DNA of 64,000 bases from Polyangiaceae bacterium (GCA_044222475.1 JBGANF010000006.1:1-64000); one strand, 5' to 3'; positions 49,991 to 61,389 are shown, counted from the first letter of the stretch. Notes: generated by a model not told the origin, from the letters alone. Made by a program: numbers and translations.

Positions 49991-51378
49991 GCGCCACCCA
50001 CGTTTGCCGTGCGCGCCGCGCCCGTGTTGGGGGCGTCGATCCGAAAGAGCTGTTGGCCGACGCGAATCTCGTCACCGTGCTTGAGCGCGACCGTCCCGCG
50101 AATGCGGAGGAACGTGCCGTTCGACGACTCGAGGTCGCCGAGGGTGAACGTCTTGTCCCCGCTGCGCTTGATGGTGGCGTGGCGGCGCGAGAGGAACGGA
50201 TCCTCGGTGAACACGATGTCCCCCGACTCGCGCCCGAGCACGGTCTCGGTCTTGCGGAGGTAGTAGAGGTCGCGCACGACGCCCTCGGTCGTCAGCTGGC
50301 CGAGGCGCGCGTAACGCGGACTGCTCGGGGTGCCGAAAAGGAGCGTTCCCTGCTCCGAAGCAGCCCCGAGCCCCTCATCGCCGTCTTTCACGACCTCGAA
50401 CCTTAGCACTTGTTGTCCAATCAGGATCAAGTCCCCGTCGCGGAGCGGCGCCTCGCCAGTCTCGCCAGCGCCCGCTTTGCGGACGCGGAGGTAGACCCCG
50501 TTCGGCGTCCCGAGGTCGCGCACGGTCAAGCCGCCGTCCTCGCGCTTGAGCCGCGCGTGGCGGGGGGCGAGGTACCGGTCCTCGGGCAACACCACCTCGC
50601 CTTCGCTGCGGCCGATGTCGAGCTGGGCGCCGACGGCGTGCGCCGGACCGAGCGAGCCGTCCTTCGCGACGAGCTGGAGCTTGATCTCGTCTTGGTACGC
50701 CTGGATCTTGGACGTCGCCTCGAGGGGGGGCTTCGCCTCCTGCTTGACGGTGACGGCGTCGAAGTTCGGCGGATCGGTCAGCTGGGTTCGATCGAGCCGG
50801 ACCGGCGATTCGGCCGACGGCTTCGTCACGCCGCCGTCCATCGGTCGCGCCTCGGCGAGGGGAGCGCCGCAGAATCGGCAGAACTGGGACTCGGCGTCGG
50901 AAGAGCCTTTGCAGCGCGCGCAGACCCGCTGGGGCTTGGCCGCTGGCGTTCCCAGACCGACGACCGGCGAGGGCGCGATCGGGGCCACCGGCACGACTGG
51001 AGCGGGGGCCAACGGCTGCGGCGGGGCCAACGGCTGCGGTGGGGCCATGGGCGCGAACGCAGGCGCGGGCGCCGGGGGCATCACCGGGGCGGCGATGCCG
51101 GCGGCCGGCATCGGCGCAGGGGCGACGAGCGGCGGCGGTGCTGCCAGAGGTGGCGCGGGCGCCGCGGGAGGGCCTGGCGGCGGGGCCAGGGGCTGCGGTG
51201 GAGATGCCTTTGCCGGGTCGAGGGGGCTGCCGCAGGTGATGCAGAAGCGCATCCCCGCCGCGTTGGTCGCGTGACAGCGCGGACAGCGCGAGGACGCTTC
51301 CTTCGCGAGCCGCGCTCCGCAGTCTTCGCAAAAGACCAAATGGTCCGCGTTGTTCTTTCCGCAGGTTCCGCAGATCAC
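49987..51378 (-). CDS. Zinc-ribbon protein with two FHA domains
   Basis: Three CxxC..FCxxCG ribbons, a Pro-rich linker, IGR..PRHA..NG and LGR..SRRHA..SSNGT. Confidence 0.92.
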   Translation of the reverse strand: MICGTCGKNNADHLVFCEDCGARLAKEASSRCPRCHATNAAGMRFCITCGSPLDPAKASPPQPLAPPPGPPAAPAPPLAAPPPLVAPAPMPAAGIAAPVMPPAPAPAFAPMAPPQPLAPPQPLAPAPVVPVAPIAPSPVVGLGTPAAKPQRVCARCKGSSDAESQFCRFCGAPLAEARPMDGGVTKPSAESPVRLDRTQLTDPPNFDAVTVKQEAKPPLEATSKIQAYQDEIKLQLVAKDGSLGPAHAVGAQLDIGRSEGEVVLPEDRYLAPRHARLKREDGGLTVRDLGTPNGVYLRVRKAGAGETGEAPLRDGDLILIGQQVLRFEVVKDGDEGLGAASEQGTLLFGTPSSPRYARLGQLTTEGVVRDLYYLRKTETVLGRESGDIVFTEDPFLSRRHATIKRSGDKTFTLGDLESSNGTFLRIRGTVALKHGDEIRVGQQLFRIDAPNTGAARTANVGGA

Positions 51379-51420
51379 GTCGGTTTCTTAGGGAAGCGGC
51401 TCTCCACGTTCACGTCAAGC

Positions 51421-52086
51421 TCAGAGAGCGTCCCGGGTCTCCAGGCTCAAGTCGATCCCGACCACGTGGGCGATGCCGCCGCTCCTGGAGTTCCCGGCGG
51501 AGTCGGTGAAACCGGTGAACCCGAGGGCGCGATAGGCGATCGTGAGCCCGATGATCGTGTTGGGAGCGACCTGCGCCTCGACGCCACCGCCCAGGCTGAC
51601 GCCGGGCCCGATGGTGTCGATGCCCCAGATGTTGCCGTAGGTGTTCACGCCCGCCGCCCCGTAGAGGAGCGGGGTGAAGCGCGTGCGCGTTTCGAAGTAG
51701 TAGCGAGCCTCGGCGCGGAGCTGCTGGAGGATCGCGAGGCGATAGAGCTGCCCGGGATCTTGCTTCGAGAACTCGTACGCGGCGCCGAAATACCAGGGCG
51801 CGCGGGCGCGACGGCCCACGCGGATGGCCACTCCACCGCCCGAACCGAGGATGCACGCGGCGGGAGCGGCGCTCGAGCACATCGGTCCCGCGTACGCGAC
51901 CACTTCGCCGGTGAAGGCCAGGCCGTACTGGAGGAAGTGGCGCTTCAGGTTCGCCGGCGCGCTCGCCTCGCTCGGATCGGGAGGGTCGTCCGCCCGGGCC
52001 GGCGTCGAGGCGAAGGTGAGCCCTACCAGCACGGCCAGCGATGCCAGGAAGGTGGCGCGAATCGACGTGCGCGCACATCGACGCAC
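51421..52086 (-). CDS. Exported beta-barrel-like hypothetical protein (start uncertain)
   Basis: Signal peptide ending ARA-DD, followed by alternating aromatic beta-strands. Confidence 0.7.
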   Translation of the reverse strand: MRRCARTSIRATFLASLAVLVGLTFASTPARADDPPDPSEASAPANLKRHFLQYGLAFTGEVVAYAGPMCSSAAPAACILGSGGGVAIRVGRRARAPWYFGAAYEFSKQDPGQLYRLAILQQLRAEARYYFETRTRFTPLLYGAAGVNTYGNIWGIDTIGPGVSLGGGVEAQVAPNTIIGLTIAYRALGFTGFTDSAGNSRSGGIAHVVGIDLSLETRDAL

Positions 52087-52203
52087 CCGTACGACCCCGC
52101 GCGGAGCCACTCCCAAGCCGAGCACCTCGTTCACTGCTTCACGATACCGCACGACGCGATCTGTTGACAGCTCGCGTGCGGTTGCCGTATTCGCGAAACC
52201 GCG

Positions 52204-52623
52204 ATGGAGATCGTTCTCGACAAGCGTGCGGTTCGGCAGATTCGTCTCTCGGCGCAAGACGCCATCGAAGAGGGGGACACCGAGACGTTGCGTGAAGACA
52301 TCCTCGAAGCCTTCACCGAGGAGCAAGTCGAGGAGATCGAGCGCCGCCTCGACAGCGGCGACTTCTTCGAGTTCATCACCGACATGCTCGACGAGTGGTC
52401 GGGCGACGACGTCGACGAGCTCTTCGAGCTGATGGACACGCAGCTCGGTGACGTCGGCATCGACGTGAAGTTCGAGAAGAAGGCGGCCGTCCCGGCCGAG
52501 GAGCCGGGCGAGGACGAGGACGAGGAAGAGACCGACCTCGAGACCGACGACGACGACGAGCTCGACGGCGACGACGACGAGAGCCTCGACGAAGAAGAAG
52601 ACGAAGACGAAGACGCGGTGTGA
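52204..52623 (+). CDS. Very acidic hypothetical protein
   Basis: 139 aa, with an Asp/Glu-rich core and a poly-D/E tail. Confidence 0.8.
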   Translation: MEIVLDKRAVRQIRLSAQDAIEEGDTETLREDILEAFTEEQVEEIERRLDSGDFFEFITDMLDEWSGDDVDELFELMDTQLGDVGIDVKFEKKAAVPAEEPGEDEDEEETDLETDDDDELDGDDDESLDEEEDEDEDAV

Positions 52624-52624
52624 A

Positions 52625-52771
52625 CCCGTGCCCGGTGAATTGGCCACGCAGCTCGAGCCTGCGTCGAAGCCGAGCACCGGTAGGGGGACGAGCCGGCGAG
52701 CCCGGCGCACCTTTGTCGGGAAGTCGAGAGAGTCGAGATAAGTCGTCGATCGTACACTTCAGAGAGACGGG
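52625..52771 (+). ncRNA. Candidate 6S-like RNA
   Basis: Rod-like pairing (cccgt/acggg, ctcga/tcgag, apical gccgg/ccggc) with a central bubble bordered by AGCCGA and CACCU. A hairpin plus attt follows at 52771-52790. Confidence 0.35.
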
Positions 52772-52856
52772 CGGCGGCCCCGCCGCATTTCGTCCCGCTG
52801 CCGCGGCTCGAGCGCAACGAGATGCCGAGACGGAATCGATTCCTTTGACTTCAGAC

Positions 52857-53911
52857 TCAGCGCTCGAGGTAGGCGTGGCAGGTCTTCGGGGCGTCGCTGT
52901 TGGCGGGCCGCTGGAGGTTCGGGCAGCGCGTGATGGCGCACGGCACGTAGCGCGAGTCGGGTCGCACCGAGAGGAGCTCCTTCAGCGGGCTGCAGCGGTC
53001 GTCGTCGTTCTCGCCGAGGCGCGCGGCCTCCCATAGCGCGTCGTCGCGCGTCTGCGCGTTGACGAAGTCGTTCGCGAACGCGAGGAACGCGGCGCGTGCC
53101 GCCTTCTTGTCGCCGATGCGATCGCGCAGCAGCACCGCGATGCGGAACGCGGCGGACGGGAAGAGCGGGCGCTCGTACGGACCGGGAGAGTCGGAGTGTT
53201 CGCGCTCCACCAGCATGCGGCGGAGGTCGGCCAAGGCGTCGTCGTACTTGCCGAGGCGTTCGTGGAGCTCGCTCGCGTGAAACAGCGCGTCGTCCCAGTG
53301 CGGGCCGGGGTAGGGGAAGCGCGCGGCGAGATCGAGGTAGGCGGCGAGCGCCGGTTCGTCGCGCTGGAGGCGCGCGAGGCGCAGGGCGCGCTCGTAGAGG
53401 ACGAACTCCTCGAGCTCCGTCCCGCGCGTGGGGGCGACGAGCCCGTCGAGGTACGCGAGCGCGGCCTCGGTGCTCGTCTCGTCTTCGTGTCGCGCACGGC
53501 GTCGGATGGCGACGATCGCGTGTCCGTCGCTCGGGTGCGCGCGGGCGAACACGTCGAGCGCGGTCCAGCCCGCCGGGTCGCCGCTGTCGAGAAGGAGCGT
53601 GGCGAGCGCGAACTGCGCCTCGGCGCCGTACGTCGTCTTCGACGTGGCGAGCTTCTCGAGGATCGCGCGCGCGCCGGCGCGGTCGCCGGCGGAGGCGTGG
53701 GCCTCGGCCGCGAGGAACGTCGCGTGATCGCGATCGCGATCGCTCTGGGTGGAGTCGGCGGCGGCGGCTTCGAACCGATCCGCGGCCTCGGAGTATCGCC
53801 CGGCGTGGAGCGCGCGCTCCGCCTCGGCGAACGCGAGGGCGTAGGCCGAAGGCGCTCGCGCCGCGCACGCGGCGAGCGCGAGCGCGAGGCTCGCCGCGAG
53901 CACGCGTCGCA

Positions 53912-53912
<1 letters not shown>
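52857..53912 (-). CDS. TPR lipoprotein
   Basis: MRRVLAASLALALAAC lipobox and TPR-like helices (P....DDAL). TGATG coupling to ltaE. Confidence 0.82.
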
Positions 53913-54940
<1,028 letters not shown>

Positions 54941-55021
54941 GGGGCGAGCTTAGATCGGGCCCATTTCGGTCTCCCGGCGATTCCTGTGCGAAAGACCTTG
55001 CGCAGTCAGTTTGGCGGTGCT

Positions 55022-55036
55022 ACTGGTTCAACCAGT
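55022..55036. promoter_or_regulatory. FadR/GntR-type operator
   Basis: Palindrome ACTGGTT-C-AACCAGT, 30 nt upstream of a GntR gene. It matches the FadR-subfamily TGGT-N3-ACCA box. Confidence 0.7.
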
Positions 55037-55066
55037 CAATCACTTGATGAGAGGCCTCACTTCTTC

Positions 55067-55933
55067 ATGAAAATCCCGCCGGTCGTTCCCACCCCCGCTG
55101 CAGCTCCCGAAGAGACCGAAGGTCTCGAGACCCTGTCCGTGCTCGGCCCGATCGCCCGCTCGAGCGTCGTGGACGCCGTGGCCGACCGCATCCGCGGTGA
55201 AATCCTCGGCGGGCGACTCGCCGCCGGCTCGAAGCTCCCCTCGGAGCGCGAGCTCGCGCTAGCGCTCGGGATCAACCGGCTCACGCTTCGTGCCGCGCTC
55301 GCTCGACTGGAAGCGCTCGGTCTCATCATCACGCGGCACGGCGCCGGGACGATCGTCGCTTCGTGGCGTGAGCGCGCAGGGCTCGATGCGCTCGCCGCGC
55401 TCGCCGCCGCGCTCGATCCGGCGGAGCCCGCTTGGCACGACATGCTCGCGTCGATCCTCGAGGTGCGCCGCGTCCTCGCCGCCGAAGCGGTCGCGCTCGC
55501 GGTCGAGCGCCACACCGACGAGGACCTCCAGGCGATGGAGGCCGCCGCCGCCGATCAGCAGAAGAACCTCGGCGACCCGCTCGCGCTCGCCCGCGGAGAC
55601 GTGATCTTCCAACGCGCGATCATCCGCGCGGCGAAGAACGTCGGGCTCGAGCTCATCCTCAACACGTTCGCGCGTCTGCCCGAGGAGCACCCGCAGCTCG
55701 TGGCCGCGCTCTACGACGATCCGGCGCGCACGGTGAGCGCGTACCCGATCATCATCGAGCTCGTTCGCAGCGGCCGCCCCGAAGAGGCGCGGATGCTCGT
55801 TCGCCAGGCGCTCGCCGCCGCCGACGCGACGCTGCTCGAGCGCCAGCTGCGCCACATCGATCCGGCGTCGTCGAAGAAGAAGGAGCCGCTTGTGGTGGCC
55901 CCCGCTCCGAAGAAGAAAGGGAAGAAGGGATGA
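55067..55933 (+). CDS. GntR/FadR-family transcriptional regulator
   Basis: GSKLPSERELA..LGINR.TLR.AL..LE..GL...RHG.GT, followed by an FCD-like domain. Confidence 0.93.
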   Translation: MKIPPVVPTPAAAPEETEGLETLSVLGPIARSSVVDAVADRIRGEILGGRLAAGSKLPSERELALALGINRLTLRAALARLEALGLIITRHGAGTIVASWRERAGLDALAALAAALDPAEPAWHDMLASILEVRRVLAAEAVALAVERHTDEDLQAMEAAAADQQKNLGDPLALARGDVIFQRAIIRAAKNVGLELILNTFARLPEEHPQLVAALYDDPARTVSAYPIIIELVRSGRPEEARMLVRQALAAADATLLERQLRHIDPASSKKKEPLVVAPAPKKKGKKG

Positions 55934-56397
55934 GCTCGCTCTCGCGCATGACCGGTCTCGAACGCGGCTTCGCCGCGGCGGCGTTCGACGGCATCTTTCC
56001 GCGCGGCTCGGACGAGCGACTCCCGCAGGGCGCCGCCGATGGCGACATGGTCGGCCTCTTCGAGAACGCGCGCGCCGGCGTCCCCCCGCGGGTCGCGCTG
56101 GGGCTGCGCGTCGCGGTGTGGATCGTCGCGCTCGCGCCGCTCGTCACGATCGGAAAGTTCGCCACCATCGCCAGCCTCGCGACGACCGATCGCGAGCGCG
56201 TCGTGCTCGCGCTGCTCTCGAGCAACGTCTACATGATCCGCCAGCTCACCACGCTCTTGAAGGCGTTCGGTGCGCTCTTCTTCCTCACGTTCCCGGGAGT
56301 GCGCAACGCCATCGTCCGTGCGCCCGCTCCTCTCGCCGCCGGAGGGCTCGTGGCGCTCTCGAAGAAAGGAGCCTCCCATGAGCGATCCGTCGCCTGA
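55930..56397 (+). CDS. Hypothetical protein (small subunit-like partner of the GMC oxidoreductase)
   Basis: ATGA overlap with the regulator gene, and it overlaps the GMC start. Confidence 0.7.
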   Translation: MSSLSRMTGLERGFAAAAFDGIFPRGSDERLPQGAADGDMVGLFENARAGVPPRVALGLRVAVWIVALAPLVTIGKFATIASLATTDRERVVLALLSSNVYMIRQLTTLLKAFGALFFLTFPGVRNAIVRAPAPLAAGGLVALSKKGASHERSVA

Positions 56398-57976
56398 CTT
56401 GGACAGCGGAGTCCAGCGCAAGCGCGCCTACCCCGACGAGGATCTCCCCGAAGGCTCGGTGGTCGACTGCGCCGCGATCGATCGCGATCTCGACGAGAGC
56501 TTCGACTTCGTCGTCATCGGCTCCGGGGCGTCGGGCGCGGTCGCCGCGCACACGTTGGCCCAAGCCGGGCACCGCGTCGCGCTCGTCGAAGAGGGCCCGT
56601 GGGTCAAGACGCGCGACTTCACCCCCGACGTGCTCGGCAGCTTCCGCCGCCTCATGCGGGACGCGGCGACGCAGGCGATCGAAGGTCGCAGCTTCATCCC
56701 GTTGCTCCAAGGGCGATGCGTCGGCGGCAGCACGGTCGTCAACTCGGCGATCGCGTGGCGCCTCCCGAGCGACACCCTCCACGATTGGCGAACGCGCTTC
56801 GGTCTCGAGCGCAGCCTCGACGAGGCCGAGCTCGCCGTTCACTTCGACGCGCTCGAGGAAGCGCTCAACGTGCACGCCGTCGACGACGACGTGCTCGGGC
56901 GCAACAACGCCGGCCTCGTCGAGGCGGCGGCGCACCTCGGGGTCGAAGCTCACAAGATGCGTCGCTACGATCGCGACTGTCGCGGGTCGGGGCGTTGCCT
57001 GCAGGGGTGTCCCAGCGCCGCGAAGCAGGGCATGAGCGTGAGCTACGTGCCGTGGGCGCTCGCGCTCGGCGCGCGGATCTTCACCTCGTGCAAGGTCGAT
57101 CGCGTCGAGATGGCGGGCGATCGCGTCGCGGCGGTCGTCGGCAAGGCGATCACGCGCAACGGCGAGCGGAAGGTGCGGATTCGCGCCGAGAAGGGCGTGC
57201 TCGTCGCGGCGAGCACCATCCAGACGCCGAACGTGCTGCGTCGATCCGGCGTGCGCGCGAAGGCGCTCGGTCGTCACTTCCAGGCGCACCCCGGCGTCGG
57301 TTGCGCGGGCGTGTTCGACTCGGCGGTGCAGATGAACTTCGGCGCGACCCAAGGCGCGGAGTCCATCCATTACCGCGCGAGCGAGGGCTTCAAGCTGGAG
57401 AGCATCGCGATGCCGCCGGAGCTCCTCGCGGCGCGCATGCCGGGGGCCGGCACGGATTTCATGCGGCGCCTCGCGAGCTTCCCGAACGTGGGCATCTGGG
57501 TCGCCCAGGTTCGCGCCGAGGCCGAGGGCACCGTCGAGACGGGCTTCGGCGGTCGCGACAAAGTGGTTTACACGCCGAGCGCGCGGGACATGCACGTGGC
57601 GCGGAAGGCTCTCGGCGTCCTCGCGCGGCTGATGTTCGCGCAAGGCGCGAAGGAGATCTGGCCCGGCGTGCACGGCCTGCCGAGCGTTCTGCGATCGATC
57701 GACGAGGTGAAGCTCATCGACGAGGGGCCGATCGACCCGCGCGCGTACGGCATGGTCGCCTCGCACCTGTTCGGCGCGGCGCGCATGGGACCGGATCCGA
57801 AGACGAGCGTGGTCGGGCTCGACTTCGGAGTTCACGGTGCACGTGGGCTCTACGTCGTCGACTCGAGCGTGTTCCCGACGAACCTCGGGGTGAACCCGCA
57901 GCACTCGATCATGGCGCTGTCGCGCCTGGCCGCGACGCGCATCGCGGAGGGGAAGGTCGCGTCGCGCGTGGCGTAG
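56378..57976 (+). CDS. GMC-family flavin oxidoreductase
   Basis: VIGSGASG, GRCVGGSTVVN, C.GSG.C..GCP..AK, HLFG.ARMG and DSSVFP..LGVNPQ. AAAGGAG RBS. Confidence 0.93.
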   Translation: MSDPSPDLDSGVQRKRAYPDEDLPEGSVVDCAAIDRDLDESFDFVVIGSGASGAVAAHTLAQAGHRVALVEEGPWVKTRDFTPDVLGSFRRLMRDAATQAIEGRSFIPLLQGRCVGGSTVVNSAIAWRLPSDTLHDWRTRFGLERSLDEAELAVHFDALEEALNVHAVDDDVLGRNNAGLVEAAAHLGVEAHKMRRYDRDCRGSGRCLQGCPSAAKQGMSVSYVPWALALGARIFTSCKVDRVEMAGDRVAAVVGKAITRNGERKVRIRAEKGVLVAASTIQTPNVLRRSGVRAKALGRHFQAHPGVGCAGVFDSAVQMNFGATQGAESIHYRASEGFKLESIAMPPELLAARMPGAGTDFMRRLASFPNVGIWVAQVRAEAEGTVETGFGGRDKVVYTPSARDMHVARKALGVLARLMFAQGAKEIWPGVHGLPSVLRSIDEVKLIDEGPIDPRAYGMVASHLFGAARMGPDPKTSVVGLDFGVHGARGLYVVDSSVFPTNLGVNPQHSIMALSRLAATRIAEGKVASRVA

Positions 57977-58009
57977 TCACGATGCTCGCGCGGCGCTCTC
58001 TCGGGAGAG

Positions 58010-58118
58010 AACCGCCAGGGGAAGAAAGGGGCGCAAGGGCCGCCAAGAGACGAGCGTGTGGTTGGCACCAAGTACCAGCCACTCTTTTCACTTGGCGCTC
58101 CTGGCGACCCTGGCGGTT
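58010..58118. repeat. REP-like imperfect palindrome between convergent genes
   Basis: aaccgccaggg (58010-58020) pairs with ccctggcggtt (58108-58118). Inner cgccaag pairs with cttggcg. Confidence 0.6.
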
Positions 58119-58126
58119 TCTCTTCT

Positions 58127-59761
58127 TCACAGCTTCGGCGCGAACATCAGCGACTTGCTCGTGTCCTTGAACCGGATGCGCGCCGTACCGACCGGGCCGC
58201 TCGGCGCGACGAGGGTGCCGCCCGGCACGTGATCGTGCGTGACGAGGTAGCCCGTGTCTTCGCCGATGGGCGTTCCATCGACGGCCTCGTAGACGATCGC
58301 GCGGGGCTCTCCGCCCGGCATCTGCGTGAGCGTCGCCGCTCCCATCCACGTGAGGCCGCCGTTCTCGTCGACCGACGCGTACTGGAACGACCGCGGCGCC
58401 ATCGCCACCATGCTCGCGCCGTTGACCGCCTTCACCCGCGCGACGAGCGCGTTGTAGTTGTAGTCCGAGAACCAACCGGGGTTGCAGTAACCCATGAGGT
58501 CCTTGAACTGCGCCGGATCCTTGAGCGTCTTCGTGACGAGCGAGTACCCCCACGAGCCGAGCGCGCCGCCGCTGTACGGGTAGCCCGGATCCGGACCGGC
58601 GACGCCGCCACACGGAGCATGGTTGCGACCGTGCGCGTGGCCGAGCTCGTGGACCATCGCCTCGGCCGAGAGGTCGCCGGTGAACCCGAGGCCGATGCTC
58701 GCGCGGCTGCCCGAGTCGTTCGGGTTCGTGATGACCGGCGAGAGCCCGGCGACGCAGCCGCCGCCGCAGTAGGTCTGCACGGACGCCGCGCCGCTGAACA
58801 CGCCGTAGTAGTAGACGTCGGCCGTCGGCGCGTCGGCCGCGCGGACCTGGAGGATCTGCGTGAGCAGCTGGTTCCACCCGCTGCCGTTGGCGCTGACCGT
58901 GTAGTTGATGGCGACCGGTTGCGCGCGGACCGAGACCGACACCGACGGCGTCGGGTAGAGCGCGTAGAGCAGGTCCTTGTACCTCTGGAGCTGAGCGGTC
59001 GATGTGTCGGGCAGGCGGTTCGATCCGTCCGCGCCGTACTGGATCGGGACGAACACGACCTTGAGCTGCGCGCCGGTGCTGACCGCGCCGAGGTTCGTCA
59101 GCGTGCCGTCCATCGGCCACTGCGCGGGGCTCGACGCAGGCGGAGCCTTCGTGCCCGACTTCTCGCGGAGGACGATGGTGAACTTCGTGTCGGTCTTGAT
59201 CGAGTCGCCGGGTACCTCGAAGTTGATCGTCGAGGCGAGCGACGCATCGGTCGAAGCCGCGCTCGGGGTCGCGTCGACCGGGATCGTCGTCTTGTTCCCG
59301 CCGCTGTCGAGGGTGAGTTGTCCCTGAATGGTATGAGCCGACCAGCCGCCGCCCGGAGTGACGTAGACTCGTACCAAAGCGGTACGACCGGCGATGACCG
59401 GCGCCTTCGGGGTCTGCGCGGTGCCGCCTTTCATCACGCTGAGCTTCACCGTCTGGAAGACGGCCACCTCGCTGATCGTGAGGTTCTCGACGACCGGAGC
59501 GCTCGTCGCCACCGGGGGCGGCGCCGGGACGCCGGAGTCGACGGCGGTGCCGCCGTCCGGCTTCGGGTCGCTGCCCCCACCGGTGCCAGGGGGGAGCCCG
59601 CTGTCGCCGCCGCCGCCTTGGTGCGGGGTCTCGGTCGCCGGGTCGTCCCAATCGCCGATCAGCGTGTTCGGTCCCGTGCTGCTGCACGCGCTGGCGCCGG
59701 CCGCGATGGCCGCGAGGGCGAGGGCGCGAACGGTGGGAGTCGAGAAGCGGGCGATGGTCAT
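58127..59761 (-). CDS. Metzincin (M66-like) zinc metalloprotease lipoprotein
   Basis: Lipobox ASAC, HELGHAHGRNH, and Met-turn DLMGY. Confidence 0.88.
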   Translation of the reverse strand: MTIARFSTPTVRALALAAIAAGASACSSTGPNTLIGDWDDPATETPHQGGGGDSGLPPGTGGGSDPKPDGGTAVDSGVPAPPPVATSAPVVENLTISEVAVFQTVKLSVMKGGTAQTPKAPVIAGRTALVRVYVTPGGGWSAHTIQGQLTLDSGGNKTTIPVDATPSAASTDASLASTINFEVPGDSIKTDTKFTIVLREKSGTKAPPASSPAQWPMDGTLTNLGAVSTGAQLKVVFVPIQYGADGSNRLPDTSTAQLQRYKDLLYALYPTPSVSVSVRAQPVAINYTVSANGSGWNQLLTQILQVRAADAPTADVYYYGVFSGAASVQTYCGGGCVAGLSPVITNPNDSGSRASIGLGFTGDLSAEAMVHELGHAHGRNHAPCGGVAGPDPGYPYSGGALGSWGYSLVTKTLKDPAQFKDLMGYCNPGWFSDYNYNALVARVKAVNGASMVAMAPRSFQYASVDENGGLTWMGAATLTQMPGGEPRAIVYEAVDGTPIGEDTGYLVTHDHVPGGTLVAPSGPVGTARIRFKDTSKSLMFAPKL

Positions 59762-59971
59762 GGTGTCTCCCCGGACACCCCCTCCATCGCAAGGCGCGCG
59801 CCACCGCGATCTCGCGGCCGCTCGCGACGCGGGGGGTGACGGAGTGGCCTGATTTCGCCGTGTTCGTGATGGCTCCGATGTAGGTGCGCACTGCGAGGCG
59901 GGGCGCGTCGGATCCACGCCGATTGATCCACGACAGCGCCGGGCCGGGCAACGCTTGCACCACGACCCCGC

Positions 59972-60995
59972 CTACCGAACGTCGCGCACGCAGCGTACGC
60001 CGACGAAGGAGGATCGCCCGGACTGGTCGGCCCCACCCCCGATACCGGAAGGGAGCGAGCTGTCCGTACTTCCCCATGATCCACCGATGACGTACATGCC
60101 GTCGTTCTTCGGATCGAGCTTCGCGCGGTCGTCGCAGGGCGTTGGCGGATCACCCAGCCGGTCGAGGGTGAGCTGACCGACGTTGCCGCTCAGATCGAAC
60201 TGTCCCCAGCGCGACACGCCAGCCGGCTTGCTGCCCACCGCGAGCGGCGTCGTCGGGAACGGCGGCTTGGCGCGGTAGACCGCGCGAGAGTCGTCGATGG
60301 CCGCGTAGCTCTTCGTCGTCGTCCAGGGATAGACCCGTTGTTCGTCGCCACCGGCCTGGGCGAAGTTCAGCTCGGCGAGCGTCGGCAATCGCCCACCATC
60401 CCAGGCGCAGAACGCGACAGCCTCGTACCAAGTGAGGCACATGATCGGAAGGCGTTCATTCGGTCCTGGGGATGGCGTCCAGGTCGCGACGGGCGTCGCG
60501 TTGAAGTCGACGCATCCGGGGTCGGCGAGCCCGGCACTCAACGCCACCTTGTCTTGCGCGAGCGGCCATGACCCGTCCCATCCGGACGACGGGACCTTAG
60601 GGTGTGCTCCGCTTCCCGGTGACGGCTTCGATGCGGGGTACGCGTCGACGAACGCGCGGAAGCGGCCGACGGTGACCTCGAACGAGTCGAGGTAGAACGG
60701 CGATACCTTGGCCGGCAAGGACGTCCCCGATCGATCGAGGCCGTCGTAGAGGCGCAGGAATGAACCTCCGGGTACGAGCCTGGACTCGCAGCAGTCGCCT
60801 CGAACGAGACCGCATGTGAGGTCCGCACCTGGCGCTCCCGTGCAGCTCCGGGCGTTCGGCGGGAGCGGCATCGAGCGCGGCGTCAGCGTCAACTACGGCG
60901 CCACCGTCGCCACCGTCATCCATGACGGCGATCGAACGTCCGCCGCAGCCGACCAAGAACACGGGAACGAGCAGAGCGGCGAAGCGGCGGCTCAT
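59972..60995 (-). pseudogene. FGE-sulfatase (SUMF1)-fold lipoprotein with a frameshift near 60860-60872
   Basis: The signal peptide MSRRFAALLVPVFLVGC (ATG 60995) is in a different frame from the domain (FEVTVGRF, AFCAWDGGRLPT, YPW, DLSGNV, GGSW, GVRC). Confidence 0.8.
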
Positions 60996-61020
60996 ATGGA
61001 GGTGCCCGACCGTGGGCACA

Positions 61021-61389
61021 TCAGTCCGTGGCCAACGCAACGGTGATCGACGATCGTCGTGGAAGGAGGCACGCGAACTGGGCAGGGAGCCACTCTCGCG
61101 AGCCCGCGTGCGTCTGCTCGACGCAGATGCACCGTCGGGCCGCCGCAAGTGTCACGACGCTCCCGGCGGCGACGGTGCTGTCGAAGAGCATTCGATTGCT
61201 CGACGAGTCGCAGGGCGCCACCGTGTGGATGCCGATCCCTTCCGCGACGCGCACGCGAATCGCGCCGTTCCCCGAGATCGCGACCGTCACCGGAATCCGG
61301 TCGTCGCCCTCTGCGGAGTTCGTCGCGAACGCCAAACCAACGCCGAGGACGATCGCGATGGTACGTGCGCGGACAAGATCACGGAACAT
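61021..61389 (-). CDS. Small exported hypothetical protein
   Basis: Hydrophobic signal peptide and several cysteines. Overlaps the stop of the upstream FGE gene. Confidence 0.55.
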   Translation of the reverse strand: MFRDLVRARTIAIVLGVGLAFATNSAEGDDRIPVTVAISGNGAIRVRVAEGIGIHTVAPCDSSSNRMLFDSTVAAGSVVTLAAARRCICVEQTHAGSREWLPAQFACLLPRRSSITVALATD

